The notes under the pieces were generated by a model. The model had not been told where the DNA came from and did no database searches. It saw nothing but the letters and a program-made list of their open reading frames with translations. Shown here piece after piece: positions 48,311 through 57,472 of a DNA stretch of 64,000 nt (positions within the stretch are counted from its first letter, which is position 1; every line of letters starts with the position of its first letter). The stretch covers positions 10,298-74,297 of the IMG/VR virus record IMGVR_UViG_3300045996_002572. One strand, written 5' to 3'. This stretch comes from a virus. Both the position numbers and the translations under genes were made by a program.

Positions 48311-48741
48311 CTCGCCTCCTTGGGCTTGATGGGGTCATCCAAGTCGTCCCAGGTCAGCGGGCGAAGCGGCAATTTGTGGAGCATGCACTCGGTCGGGAGG
48401 ACGCCCTCCGGGCCCTCCCCCCAGGTGTCGCCCATCTCGTGAGGACAGAGCGCCCAGCGCCATCCGGTATCTACGTCCGGGAAGAGCAGGGCGAGGCGCA
48501 TCCTCAAGTAGCCACGCCAAAGGTCTTCAGAGTTCGCGGCGTAGGGCTTCAGCGCGGCAACAGAAAGCGCGAGTGCGTCACCTCCCGGCCTCCCCTGCGC
48601 CCAGAATCCCTGACCCGGCGCGCCACTCTGGCGGTCGCAGGCGGCAAGTACGCCCGCAGCGTCTCGCAATGCTGCGTACATCCGTCGAACCTCGATCACC
48701 AAGTCCTCGCGACTCCAGTCGTCCCAGGGCGTTTGACTCAA
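48307..48741 (-). CDS. Hypothetical protein
   Basis: GAGGAGG RBS with TTG start; coupled to HTH gene. Confidence 0.55.
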   Translation of the reverse strand: MSQTPWDDWSREDLVIEVRRMYAALRDAAGVLAACDRQSGAPGQGFWAQGRPGGDALALSVAALKPYAANSEDLWRGYLRMRLALLFPDVDTGWRWALCPHEMGDTWGEGPEGVLPTECMLHKLPLRPLTWDDLDDPIKPKEAR

Positions 48742-48882
48742 GATTCCTCCTCTGGCGCCGCTGGCGCCTCCATCTCTACCCCGGAGAGCTGGAACCTGGA
48801 TCGCCTTTCTGCTTACGGGTCGCTACGCCGCAGCCTACACTCAGCAGTCCAGGCCCCGGCGCTCCGGGGCAGAGTGGTGGCG

Positions 48883-49269
48883 TCAGTCCACCACGTCAAA
48901 ACCATCACGGTCGATCTGAGCGTAAAGGTCGCTGAGGCTGGCTGCGACATAGTCGGCGGCGTCGACGGCGGGAGCCGCGAACATCTCGCGCAGGCCGAAC
49001 GTCGCGAGAAGATCGCCGCTTCCGCCCTCCCAAACGATGAGTGGGTCGCCACGGTCGTCGTCGCGGCTCTTGACGTGGAGAAGAAGCGGGAACTCAAGCT
49101 CGGTGACGTCCCACTCCGCTTCAGTTCTCACGCTCTCGGAACCGTATTCGCCGCCAGCATCCACGGCCATAGCCCGAAGAGCGGCCTCCGGGGAGCTGCC
49201 GGCCCAAACGCCATGGTCAACGCCAGCCTTCGAGGCGATGCGGAAGTAGCGATTCTGATCGGCCGTCAT
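48883..49269 (-). CDS. Acidic hypothetical protein
   Basis: GGAGAG RBS; first gene after strong promoter. Confidence 0.6.
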   Translation of the reverse strand: MTADQNRYFRIASKAGVDHGVWAGSSPEAALRAMAVDAGGEYGSESVRTEAEWDVTELEFPLLLHVKSRDDDRGDPLIVWEGGSGDLLATFGLREMFAAPAVDAADYVAASLSDLYAQIDRDGFDVVD

Positions 49270-49314
49270 TGGGTTCTCTCCGGCATTATTAGTTTCGGAA
49301 TGGTCAGTCGTGAT

Positions 49315-49351
49315 GGACCTAATAATAGGTCCACACTTGACAGGTGTCAAG
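49315..49351 (-). promoter_or_regulatory. Sigma70-type promoter with two palindromes
   Basis: TTGACA(49350-49345)-17 nt-TATTAT; GGACCT-aataat-AGGTCC and CTTGACA-gg-TGTCAAG. Confidence 0.75.
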
Positions 49352-49361
49352 AGGCCAGATC

Positions 49362-50048
49362 ATGAGCGCCCCCATCAGGCTGGAAGCGTCGTTCCCTGCC
49401 CCGCTGCTCACGTGCAACCAGCTCCGGGCTGTGATGCCGAAGCTGCCCGTGCAGGACGCGACTCGCTACCTACCGCACCTCTGCGCCGCCTTCGAGGAGT
49501 TCGACATCGCGTCGCCTGTCCGATGCGCGGCCGCACTCGCCCAGATGGCCCACGAGAGTGCCGAACTGCGCCGGTGGGAGGAGAACCTCCGGTATTCGGC
49601 CGGAGGGCTCCAGCGCACCTGGCCCAAGCGATTCCCGGCGCCGATCGCCCCGCGCTATGCCTACAAGCCGCAGCCCATCGCTAACCGAGCCTACGGCGGC
49701 AGGATGGGCAACGGCCCGGAGTCGAGCGGCGACGGCTGGCGGTACCGCGGCCGCGGGCCCATCATGCTCACTGGGCGGGACAACTACCGCGACTACGGAG
49801 ACCGGCTCGGCCTACCTCTCGAGGCGAGCCCGGACCTCGCCGCTTTGCCCGAGCACGGGTTCCGGATCTTCGGCTCCTACTGGAAGGGGCGGAGGCTCTG
49901 GGAGCCTGCAGACGCCGGGGACCTGGTCGAGCTGACGCGGAGAGTCAACGGCGGGACTATCGGATTGGAGGAGCGCCGGCGTTACTGGGTGCGGGCCCTT
50001 GACGTGCTCGCCGCCCGACCAGGTGAGGACGGGGCCCGGGTTGGCTGA
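49362..50048 (+). CDS. Endolysin, glycoside hydrolase family 19
   Basis: AQMAHES, EENLRYS, MGNGPESSGDGWRYRGRGPIMLTGRDNY, VNGGTIGLEER. Confidence 0.93.
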   Translation: MSAPIRLEASFPAPLLTCNQLRAVMPKLPVQDATRYLPHLCAAFEEFDIASPVRCAAALAQMAHESAELRRWEENLRYSAGGLQRTWPKRFPAPIAPRYAYKPQPIANRAYGGRMGNGPESSGDGWRYRGRGPIMLTGRDNYRDYGDRLGLPLEASPDLAALPEHGFRIFGSYWKGRRLWEPADAGDLVELTRRVNGGTIGLEERRRYWVRALDVLAARPGEDGARVG

Positions 50049-50134
50049 GCTTCGCCGACGGTTCGAGCGGGGGACGTTGCTGCGGCCGGACTGAGGGTGG
50101 CGCTTCGGGAGTGGGTGCCGGCGACGGCAAATTC

Positions 50135-50440
50135 TCACGGGACAGGCCTCCTCGGCCGTCCACCCCGTTTCCCGTTCTCACGCGCGGCGGCGGCCTTAGC
50201 GTCGCTCCGCTTGCTTCCGCCGGCGCGACCCAGTTCTGCCGCGACCTCGCTACGGAGCAGCGCCGACACGCGGTCCTCGCGCCAATCCGCAAGCCGCTGT
50301 CGCGCTTCCCCGTGTGGCAGCTCGTGGCTCAGCCAGTAAGCCCCCTTCGCCTCGTCCCAGGTGCTCACGATCCAGCCTGAGCCCTGGCGGTACATGCTCG
50401 ACTCCTTGACGGCTTGCTGGCGGGCGGCGGTGCGGCTCAT
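50135..50440 (-). CDS. Small DNA-binding protein
   Basis: AAELGRAGG...KAAAARENGKRGGRPR. Confidence 0.7.
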   Translation of the reverse strand: MSRTAARQQAVKESSMYRQGSGWIVSTWDEAKGAYWLSHELPHGEARQRLADWREDRVSALLRSEVAAELGRAGGSKRSDAKAAAARENGKRGGRPRRPVP

Positions 50441-50452
50441 GGCGGTCTCCTC

Positions 50453-50806
50453 TTAATCGGTAAGGGTTGCAACGTCGGCGGCGAACTCGGCGATCAGGGC
50501 CTCGTCCCACTCGGCGCCGATCCAGTCCGAGTACTCCTCGGGGAGGTCGGAGACGATCTGGACGGCCGGGAAGCCGAACTGGTCGCCGGTCAGATCGACG
50601 TGGAGCAGCTCGCCATCCACCTCGACAGCGGCCCACTCGTGCGAGTCGCCGCGGCAGAGGCCGGTCACCCGCTGGATGTCGTCGCCGAGTATCTCGCGGA
50701 GAGCCGCGGCGGCGAGGAAGCAGTTGCCGGCCGCGTCGAGGTCGGCTGCGTCAAGATTAGCGCGGACGCGAGCCGCGGCGGATTCGAGCTGTTCCCGGTC
50801 GACCAT
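50453..50806 (-). CDS. Acidic protein with transglutaminase-like C/H/D pattern, leaderless
   Basis: GNC...HEWAAVEVDGELLHVDLTGDQF. Confidence 0.6.
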   Translation of the reverse strand: MVDREQLESAAARVRANLDAADLDAAGNCFLAAAALREILGDDIQRVTGLCRGDSHEWAAVEVDGELLHVDLTGDQFGFPAVQIVSDLPEEYSDWIGAEWDEALIAEFAADVATLTD

Positions 50807-50812
50807 GTCGGG

Positions 50813-50841
50813 ATAATAACCCAACCGTTTGGGTTCGTCAA
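50813..50841 (-). promoter_or_regulatory. Promoter with palindromic operator in the spacer
   Basis: TTGACG-17 nt-TATTAT, 6 nt before ATG; AACCCAA-acgg-TTGGGTT. Confidence 0.8.
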
Positions 50842-51125
50842 GTGGGTCGACCGAGCACCTTCCACCCGAGCGCCGTCACGTGCAACGCCTCCCCCTCGCC
50901 CTTGACCAGCCCAGCGGCCTGCAGCTCCTCGAGCGCGGCCCCGGTCGCCATCGTCTTTCCCTCAACCAGCTCCGCCCCCTGGTGCTCCACCAAGCCCAGT
51001 TCCTGGAGCATCTCCCAGGCCAGAGACGAGAGCGAGTTCCTGAGGGCGTACACGGTCACGACGTCGAGCTTGTCTCGGAGGTTGCGGCAGAGGTGGGCGA
51101 TCTCTTGCCAGTCGCGGCGGGTCAT
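50838..51125 (-). CDS. Hypothetical winged-helix-like protein
   Basis: LEELQAAGLV...VTALGWKVL. Confidence 0.5.
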   Translation of the reverse strand: MTRRDWQEIAHLCRNLRDKLDVVTVYALRNSLSSLAWEMLQELGLVEHQGAELVEGKTMATGAALEELQAAGLVKGEGEALHVTALGWKVLGRPT

Positions 51126-51476
51126 TTAGGTCTTCGGCGCCGCCACAGTCAACCAGCCTGCCGTGGTTTCTACCGTCGTCGTTTGCCGCTGCACCTCGAC
51201 CACCGTCCACGTTTCGGGCGCGGCGTACCACGGATGCGGATCCCAGCTGCGCATAAAATCGTCTGCCGCCTCGCGCGTCTCAAAAACCTTCGCTCTCGCA
51301 GGCAACGATCCGCTCTCGGCGAACGCCGCCGCTTCTTTCGGCCACAGTCGGCGTCCGGTCGCGCTCGCCCATCCCTCCGGGTCTACCGCCAGGAGCATCA
51401 GGGTCCCAGCAGGAGTGACCACTGCGTTCTCTAGTGCTGAGCGAGCTTCCTTGGCCCGGAACGTCACGGCGAACAT
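51126..51476 (-). CDS. Hypothetical protein
   Basis: GAGGAG RBS before ATG. Confidence 0.6.
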   Translation of the reverse strand: MFAVTFRAKEARSALENAVVTPAGTLMLLAVDPEGWASATGRRLWPKEAAAFAESGSLPARAKVFETREAADDFMRSWDPHPWYAAPETWTVVEVQRQTTTVETTAGWLTVAAPKT

Positions 51477-51506
51477 GGTGCTCTCCTCATTGGCAGCCCT
51501 CGCCCC

Positions 51507-51890
51507 TCACTCTACCAGGAGAGGAGAGGGGCCGGCGTCGGCGGCATTCGCATCCCAGAGCACGGGTGCTTCCGGGCTCTCCCGCCAGCAGTAGATCCAA
51601 GCCGTGGTCTTGGAGCACGCTGCATCCACGAGCCAACGCCTGCCGTCCTCGCCCTCTGGAAGACCCCTGACGCTGATCGTGGTGAGGCCCCCGTCGGGAG
51701 CCACCGCATCGGGGCCGACCGACTCCGGCTCGAAATACACCGCTTCGTTGTCCACGCCGCCGCTGAACGCGAGCACGGACGGTCGTTCGGAGAAATCCAG
51801 CGACAACACCTTGCAATCAGGCGCCTCGGTCACGAGGCGGACGGAGTTGACGCGGGCTTGGCCTTGTACAACCTCGACCCTCAACTTCAT
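51507..51890 (-). CDS. Hypothetical protein
   Basis: GGGAG RBS; ATGA coupling. Confidence 0.55.
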   Translation of the reverse strand: MKLRVEVVQGQARVNSVRLVTEAPDCKVLSLDFSERPSVLAFSGGVDNEAVYFEPESVGPDAVAPDGGLTTISVRGLPEGEDGRRWLVDAACSKTTAWIYCWRESPEAPVLWDANAADAGPSPLLVE

Positions 51891-52077
51891 GCTGTCTCCC
51901 TCTCTGGGTGAGCGGCGAGCCAGGCCCGCCCCTTCGCGGTGATCTCGCACCAGCTGACGTGCGCCCAATCTCCAGGGCGCCAGATGGTCAGATGGTCTGG
52001 CAGGAGGACGTTCTCCCCCAGCTTCCGGAGCAAGGCCTCTTGGGGCCTGCTCAGCTTCAGGTCGTTCACAGGCTTCG

Positions 52078-52506
52078 TCATACGAGATGGAAATCCGCCG
52101 GATTCGCTTCTTCCGGCACGAAGAGGATTCGGCGCGTGCCCATTCTCGGCGTCAGCACTTTGAACACCTTGAGGCGACCGACCATCGGTTCCAGATCGGG
52201 ATGGCTCACGCAGGTCACCTGCACTATCACATCGGTCCGGTGCCAGTATCCGCCCTGTTCTTCGTAGTCCAGGACGACGCAGAGCGCATACCCCTTCGTT
52301 CCCCGGGGCTTCCATTCCACGGCGCCGGGGTCGTAGATCTCAACAATCAGCTTCCTTCCGGGAAACAGGTCTGGCCTGCCGCGGTCGGCCGAGCCCTCCT
52401 TCTTGTACTTCGCTGCCGGAGGAACTCTTGGCTCCACGACGCCTTCGATTTGCTCCCTGTCGAGCAGGCGGGTGACGATGTCGCGCCTCTGCTGTTCATA
52501 GGCCAT
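52078..52506 (-). CDS. Hypothetical protein
   Basis: AAGGAG RBS before ATG. Confidence 0.6.
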   Translation of the reverse strand: MAYEQQRRDIVTRLLDREQIEGVVEPRVPPAAKYKKEGSADRGRPDLFPGRKLIVEIYDPGAVEWKPRGTKGYALCVVLDYEEQGGYWHRTDVIVQVTCVSHPDLEPMVGRLKVFKVLTPRMGTRRILFVPEEANPADFHLV

Positions 52507-52756
52507 GGTGCGCTCCTTCTGCGGCCTCCGCCGCCTCCAAGCTCCGGGCCATCTCCACCAGGGCCCTGGGGTTGTCCATCGCTCTCCACTCTCCGAGCTT
52601 CTCGCACCACCACTGTCCGGCCTTCCCATCTCCTCGAATGCGGTAGCGTCCCTCTGGAGCTCGGGGAGGAGTTGGGACTTCATGCCAGGCGAGGGGATCC
52701 CGGAGCGTTGGGGAAGGCGCTGGGGCTGAGACTTCGAAGAGGGATGGCTGGGTCAT
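52496..52756 (-). CDS. Hypothetical protein
   Basis: ATGA-coupled. Confidence 0.5.
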   Translation of the reverse strand: MTQPSLFEVSAPAPSPTLRDPLAWHEVPTPPRAPEGRYRIRGDGKAGQWWCEKLGEWRAMDNPRALVEMARSLEAAEAAEGAHHGL

Positions 52757-53570
52757 GACTTCTGCGTCAGCAGGCGTGCGGCTGGGTTACACAGTGGGTG
52801 GCGTTCCTCTACGGAATCTAGAACGCCGGCGGCTGACCGGTGAGTGGTCATCGTGGCGATGTCTTTGACCGGTGTTCCTTCCCGTGCCGCGCTGGTGATG
52901 AATCCGGAGCGCAGCGAGTGCCCCGCGAATTCGGCCGGGTCCAGGCCCGCGAGCTCGGCGCGGCTCTTCACCACCCGGGCAATGGAGTAGGGGTGTATCG
53001 CAGTCGCCTGGACCCGGCCCCATCGATCGATGGGGCGGAAGATCGGGCCCGACGTGATCCCGCTTGCCGCGAGCCAGGCCCGCAGCGCGACCGCGGCATC
53101 GCCGAGGACGGGGAGCGCCACCCCCTCGCCCGCCCTGATCTGACTTTGACCGTCGCAGGTGGAAGAGAAACCCCTCGCTGTCTACCGCCTCGAGGTCCTC
53201 GACCGCGGCGCCGGCCACCTCTGAGCGCCGACGGCCGCCGGACTCCCAGGCGAACCGGAGCAAGGCAGCGTCCCGCAAGCCCGTGAGGTCCTCGCCGCAC
53301 GTCGCGAGCATGGCCTCGAGGATCTCGCCGGTTGCCGCTCGCATCTTCCGGGGGCGCACCCCGCGCCGAGCGCCGATCCGCCGGAGGCTGGACAGCAGAT
53401 CTCGGAGTGTTGCGCTCCGGCAGGTGTTCGCCTCTTTCGTAAAGCCGAGCATGTTGTGAGCCGCGCTGATCGAGGACAACCGCCGGTTGATCGTCGCGAG
53501 CGTCAACGGGCCGAGCTTCCGCTTGACCCCTCGCGCCACTAGCTCGGCGTCGACGTGCTCCGGCAGCCCC
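52753..53570 (-). pseudogene. Decayed tyrosine recombinase (resolvase-type)
   Basis: RDAALL...GGRRRSEV in one frame, GHSLRSGF in another; extra G near 53134; N-terminus missing; no catalytic Tyr after HRS. Confidence 0.8.
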
Positions 53571-54697
53571 TCATACCTGCTCGAAGCAGCCGGCGAGATC
53601 CCAGTCGAAATCGGTCCGCCACTCGTGGCGATATCCGGGCGGCGGATAGTCGGGGCTCCGCTCGTTCATCCCTCGTCTCCCGGGTCACGGTCGACCAAGT
53701 AGGGCGCGGGAGGGGCGGCGGCAAGCACGCAGGTTGCCTCTCCCGCAGCGCGCCAGCGGGGGTCCGCTGGCGAGGTTCCTCACCTGGACCTGCTCGCGCC
53801 CGGCACCGGTCGACGCCGAGAGCACGAACAGCACCTCCACCGTCCGCAACACCGCGCCGGCAGCGTCGCGCTCCTCCCAGCGAGTGCCTATCTCCGGACG
53901 CTCCATGCTTTCAGTCCTCCCCTTCAATTCGCTCGGCCGAGGCTCGCCCCTGGCACGCCGGCACCCTGCCCAGTTCAGACGCCTCGTTCCAGGTCTTGCC
54001 GCCGTCAACAGAGTACTCCTCGACCTCGACGGCGATGGAGCCGGAGCGGGTCTTGCCGCGCGCGTGGCGGCCTGCCGTTCGCCGCTGGACGGGGCAACCT
54101 GTACGAAGGCAGCCGCCGGCGCGCCGGGTGAGCGGCGATTCCCAGCGGTGGCGGGCTGGGCGGGGTGGGGCGCTGACGCCGTGGCACTCCGGGCACTCCG
54201 GAACCGCTCCCGAGCAACGGGGGCAACGCTGCTTGAGCCTCCAGGCCCAGTACTCCTCAGGGGTCTCGCTCACGGCTCAGCCCTCCCCTCGATCGACGAG
54301 GCGTGAGTCAGCAGTCAGGTAGAGCTTGCCCTCCACGAAGGCTTCCGCCCGGTGGTGGGACCCTGCCAGCAGCAGCACTGGCGTGGTGTAGTCGTCCACC
54401 GTGACGTCCGCCCAGACTCGGGAGAAGCCGTCGCAGGTCTCCAGGCGGAGGGCGGCGCGTGTCCGAGGGGCGGCCACGGCTCAGCCCTCCACCTTGGCCA
54501 CTGCGGGCCGGTCGTCGGGATTGGAGGGACGCTCCTCGGGCCGTCCCCTCCGGCCGTTCTCCATCTGCCATTGGTCATAGGCGTCCATTAGCGTCCACGC
54601 CTCCCGGAGCGGGCAGTCGTAAATCATTCGCTCCACCCAGGGCTTCGGGTGCGGCTCCTCGATCATGCTCCCTCCAGCGCCACGCTCTGGCGCGTCA

Positions 54698-56599
54698 TCA
54701 GGTACCCGGTTCAGAGTTCGGTCGGCGCAGCTTCGGCTTGATCTCGCGGTTGCCGGCGTAGAACTCCTCGGCCTCCAGGAGCAGCGGGGCCCAGCGGAGA
54801 TAGTCGGCCCGGGTCCGTGGGTCATCGAAGAACCGCCGGAAGTCGCCCGGCCGGTAGGCGTCGGCGTTCAACAGCTGCGAAGCCGGCACCGTGAGGGTGC
54901 GGCGGATGTCCAGACGCGGGTCGACCCTCCACGCCTCGCGGGCCCGCGCGCGGTACCACTCGAATGTACAGGCCGCCGCTCGGGGGTGGTAGCGGTGGAC
55001 CCGCGCCGCCCGCCCCGGTCCAGGGTCCCCGTGGGGGCGCCAGCGCTCAGGCCGATAGTTGCCCTTGTCGCGCCAGTCGTTGTCCCGGCGTCGGCACTCG
55101 CGCTCTGCCTCCTGGATTTCCCACGCCTCCACCTGGCCCACGGTCACGGAGCCCGTGGCCAGCGAGGCGTTGCACGCGGCCCGGTAGGCTTCGAAGTCGG
55201 GCGCCGCGCCGGTGGTGAGCGCCCGGGAGTCGTCATAGATCAGCACCAGGCCAGCGCTGAATCCCTCGGGGGTCCACAGCTGCCACGGCGGATGAGGGTG
55301 AAGAACGGGCGAGCGGTCAAGGAGCCCCTGGAGGACCAGCACCAGCCGGTTGTGGCGGTCCATCTCCTCGGCCAGGTGCTGCATCACGTCGTCATAGAGC
55401 ACGGAAGCCGGCGAGACCACCTCGTAATCGGGGGCCTTGGCGGACTCCGTCATCATCGAATTTGGGAAGCGCTTCTTCCCGGCGTGCTCGCGGTCCCACT
55501 CCTGAAGCGCCTTGAACTCGCCCTCCGTGATGACCCCGCCGCTGAAGCCGAACCCGCCGCGGGTCCTCGCGTAAAGCTGCTCCGAGGTGCCCACCATGGA
55601 CATGTCCGGGAAGAGGTTGGCCCCAAAGTCAATAGCCGTGCTGAGCCGGAAGAGTTGGTCACCGTTGCGGATGTACAGGAAGGTCAGCTTGTCCAGCTTG
55701 TTCGCCTCTATGATGTGGATGAAATCGCGGAGGTCGACCAACTCCCGCTCCTTCTGGTTGCGGCGCACCTGGAAGCCGATGACGCACCGCGGGAAGGGCA
55801 GGATGCGGTCCAGGTTGGCCGGGCGGGCCAGCCAGGCATCGAACGCGGGGAGGTCCTTGAACTCCATCCCCCCGACCTCGTACTGGGCCAGGCACTCTTC
55901 GTCCATGTAGGCGCGCCGCTGCATCAGGTGGACCTTGGCGCCCACCGGGGCCGGGTCGCCGTCGGTGATCTGCTCCACCTTCTCAGTCAGGCCGGCGTAC
56001 AGCTCCACGCTGAAGATCCGGCGCTCCACCGCCCTGGTCAGCGCGTGCAGCCCCTCGGCGCGGGCCTTGAGCGGGATGAGCGGCGCCGACATCCAGGCCG
56101 CCGCCAGCTTCTGCTCGCGCTCGATTATCTTGAACAGCGCGGGCAGGTCCTCCTTGCTGGCCCGCACCAGGGCGGCCTTGTAGTCATCCATCGACTCCCC
56201 GCCGGTGCGCAGCGCGAGCGCGCCGGCCTCAGCCTCCGGCGCCGAGGTCAGGGCTCCGGACGTCACCGCCAGCCGGCCGGTCAGCCCCTTGACCTCGCCA
56301 AGCAGCCGCTGGACCTCGCCCTGGTGGCCGGCGACCCGGCCGGCGATGATGGCCTCCGCGTCCGGGGCCGGCGCCACCTGCTCGGCCAGCCGGTCGAAGT
56401 GGACACGCGCCGTCCGGGTCGTGCCGTATTGGTCCTCTGCCACCCCGCGGACCGCCACGTAGTTGCTGCCCACGTGGGTGACGCACCCAAGCCAGTCACC
56501 GTCCGCGTTCTTGACCCACAGCCAGGTGCCGGGCGCGGGCGTGTCGTCCTCGGCGGGCAGGCGCACCACCGCGGGGCGAGCCGCGAGCCAGTCGGCCAT
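54698..56599 (-). CDS. Large phage protein of unknown function
   Basis: 633-codon ORF with strong GC3 bias; GGAGG upstream; TGATG coupling. Confidence 0.75.
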   Translation of the reverse strand: MADWLAARPAVVRLPAEDDTPAPGTWLWVKNADGDWLGCVTHVGSNYVAVRGVAEDQYGTTRTARVHFDRLAEQVAPAPDAEAIIAGRVAGHQGEVQRLLGEVKGLTGRLAVTSGALTSAPEAEAGALALRTGGESMDDYKAALVRASKEDLPALFKIIEREQKLAAAWMSAPLIPLKARAEGLHALTRAVERRIFSVELYAGLTEKVEQITDGDPAPVGAKVHLMQRRAYMDEECLAQYEVGGMEFKDLPAFDAWLARPANLDRILPFPRCVIGFQVRRNQKERELVDLRDFIHIIEANKLDKLTFLYIRNGDQLFRLSTAIDFGANLFPDMSMVGTSEQLYARTRGGFGFSGGVITEGEFKALQEWDREHAGKKRFPNSMMTESAKAPDYEVVSPASVLYDDVMQHLAEEMDRHNRLVLVLQGLLDRSPVLHPHPPWQLWTPEGFSAGLVLIYDDSRALTTGAAPDFEAYRAACNASLATGSVTVGQVEAWEIQEAERECRRRDNDWRDKGNYRPERWRPHGDPGPGRAARVHRYHPRAAACTFEWYRARAREAWRVDPRLDIRRTLTVPASQLLNADAYRPGDFRRFFDDPRTRADYLRWAPLLLEAEEFYAGNREIKPKLRRPNSEPGT

Positions 56600-56871
56600 C
56601 ACGCCACCTCCGCTATAGCAGCCGGTCGATTCATCACGTACCGCCGAACGATCCGCCCCACGCTTCGCCCCGTCCTGATCGCCGCACACACCAGCCCGAA
56701 CACCCAGGCCGGCACCGCATAGCTGTGCACCTTCCCCTTGATCCGGAGGTGCAGGAACCCCGAGACGCCAGGCAACTGGCCCCGGTCCTCAAGGGCGAGA
56801 GAGGAGTAGGAGACGGCCTGGATCCAGGTGGAGGCCGGGGTGGGGCGCCAGGTGAGGCGGGAGAGGTTCAT
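56599..56871 (-). CDS. Hypothetical protein, KTSC-like pattern
   Basis: STWIQAVSY...LHLRIKGKVHSYAVP...SVGR. Confidence 0.5.
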   Translation of the reverse strand: MNLSRLTWRPTPASTWIQAVSYSSLALEDRGQLPGVSGFLHLRIKGKVHSYAVPAWVFGLVCAAIRTGRSVGRIVRRYVMNRPAAIAEVA

Positions 56872-57188
56872 GCCGTCACCGCCTTGCTGTTGACATCCGC
56901 CAGGCGTGCCTTGAAGTGCGCGACCGACTCCGGGGTTCCGAAGCAGATGGCGGCGACGAGGCAGGCCTCTAGGGTCACGCGGGTCAGACCCTCACCGCGG
57001 TAGCCGGCGGCGTGGAACGCGGCGACGAGTCCGCCGAAGGCGTCCTGGTCCTCCGAGTAGTCGAGGCCAGGCGCAGGCGGGTTGAGCTGGCCCGGCTCGC
57101 GGAGCCTCTCTTGGCGAATCGGCTGGCGCTTGCCGCCGAGTTGGCGCCAGAGGATCTCTTGGTTACGCGGGCTGGTGCGGGTTCTCAT
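56868..57188 (-). CDS. Hypothetical protein
   Basis: GAAGGA RBS; first gene after AT-rich intergenic region. Confidence 0.55.
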   Translation of the reverse strand: MRTRTSPRNQEILWRQLGGKRQPIRQERLREPGQLNPPAPGLDYSEDQDAFGGLVAAFHAAGYRGEGLTRVTLEACLVAAICFGTPESVAHFKARLADVNSKAVTA

Positions 57189-57254
57189 GTCGGCTTCCTT
57201 CTGTAGTGTTGCAACGTTGTAACGCTACGTCATCATAGCGCTATAATGTCCGAC

Positions 57255-57470
57255 ATGCAAGAGGGATCGAAGCGAGGCAAGCGAGGCGGCACCACGACGG
57301 TCTACCCGGACACCGGCCGCCACCGGAAGACGATCTACCTGTACGAGGAAGAGGTGGAGGCGCTCCGCCGCCACGAGTACGAGAAGAACGAGAGCGCCTC
57401 CCAGGTGGTGAGGCGAGCGCTCCGCAAGGAGCTGGGACTTCCGCCGGACGAACGAGACGAGCCGAAGTAG
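57255..57470 (+). CDS. Ribbon-helix-helix (CopG-like) regulator, probably leaderless
   Basis: RKTIYLYEEEVEALRR...SASQVVRRAL; TATAAT at 57242-57247. Confidence 0.75.
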   Translation: MQEGSKRGKRGGTTTVYPDTGRHRKTIYLYEEEVEALRRHEYEKNESASQVVRRALRKELGLPPDERDEPK

Positions 57471-57472
57471 CC

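Noticed and set aside
54665-56722. Long antisense ORFs (also 3067-4275, 24894-26360, 40433-42472, 47935-49365)
   Set aside because: Shadow frames opposite well-supported genes, expected at high GC
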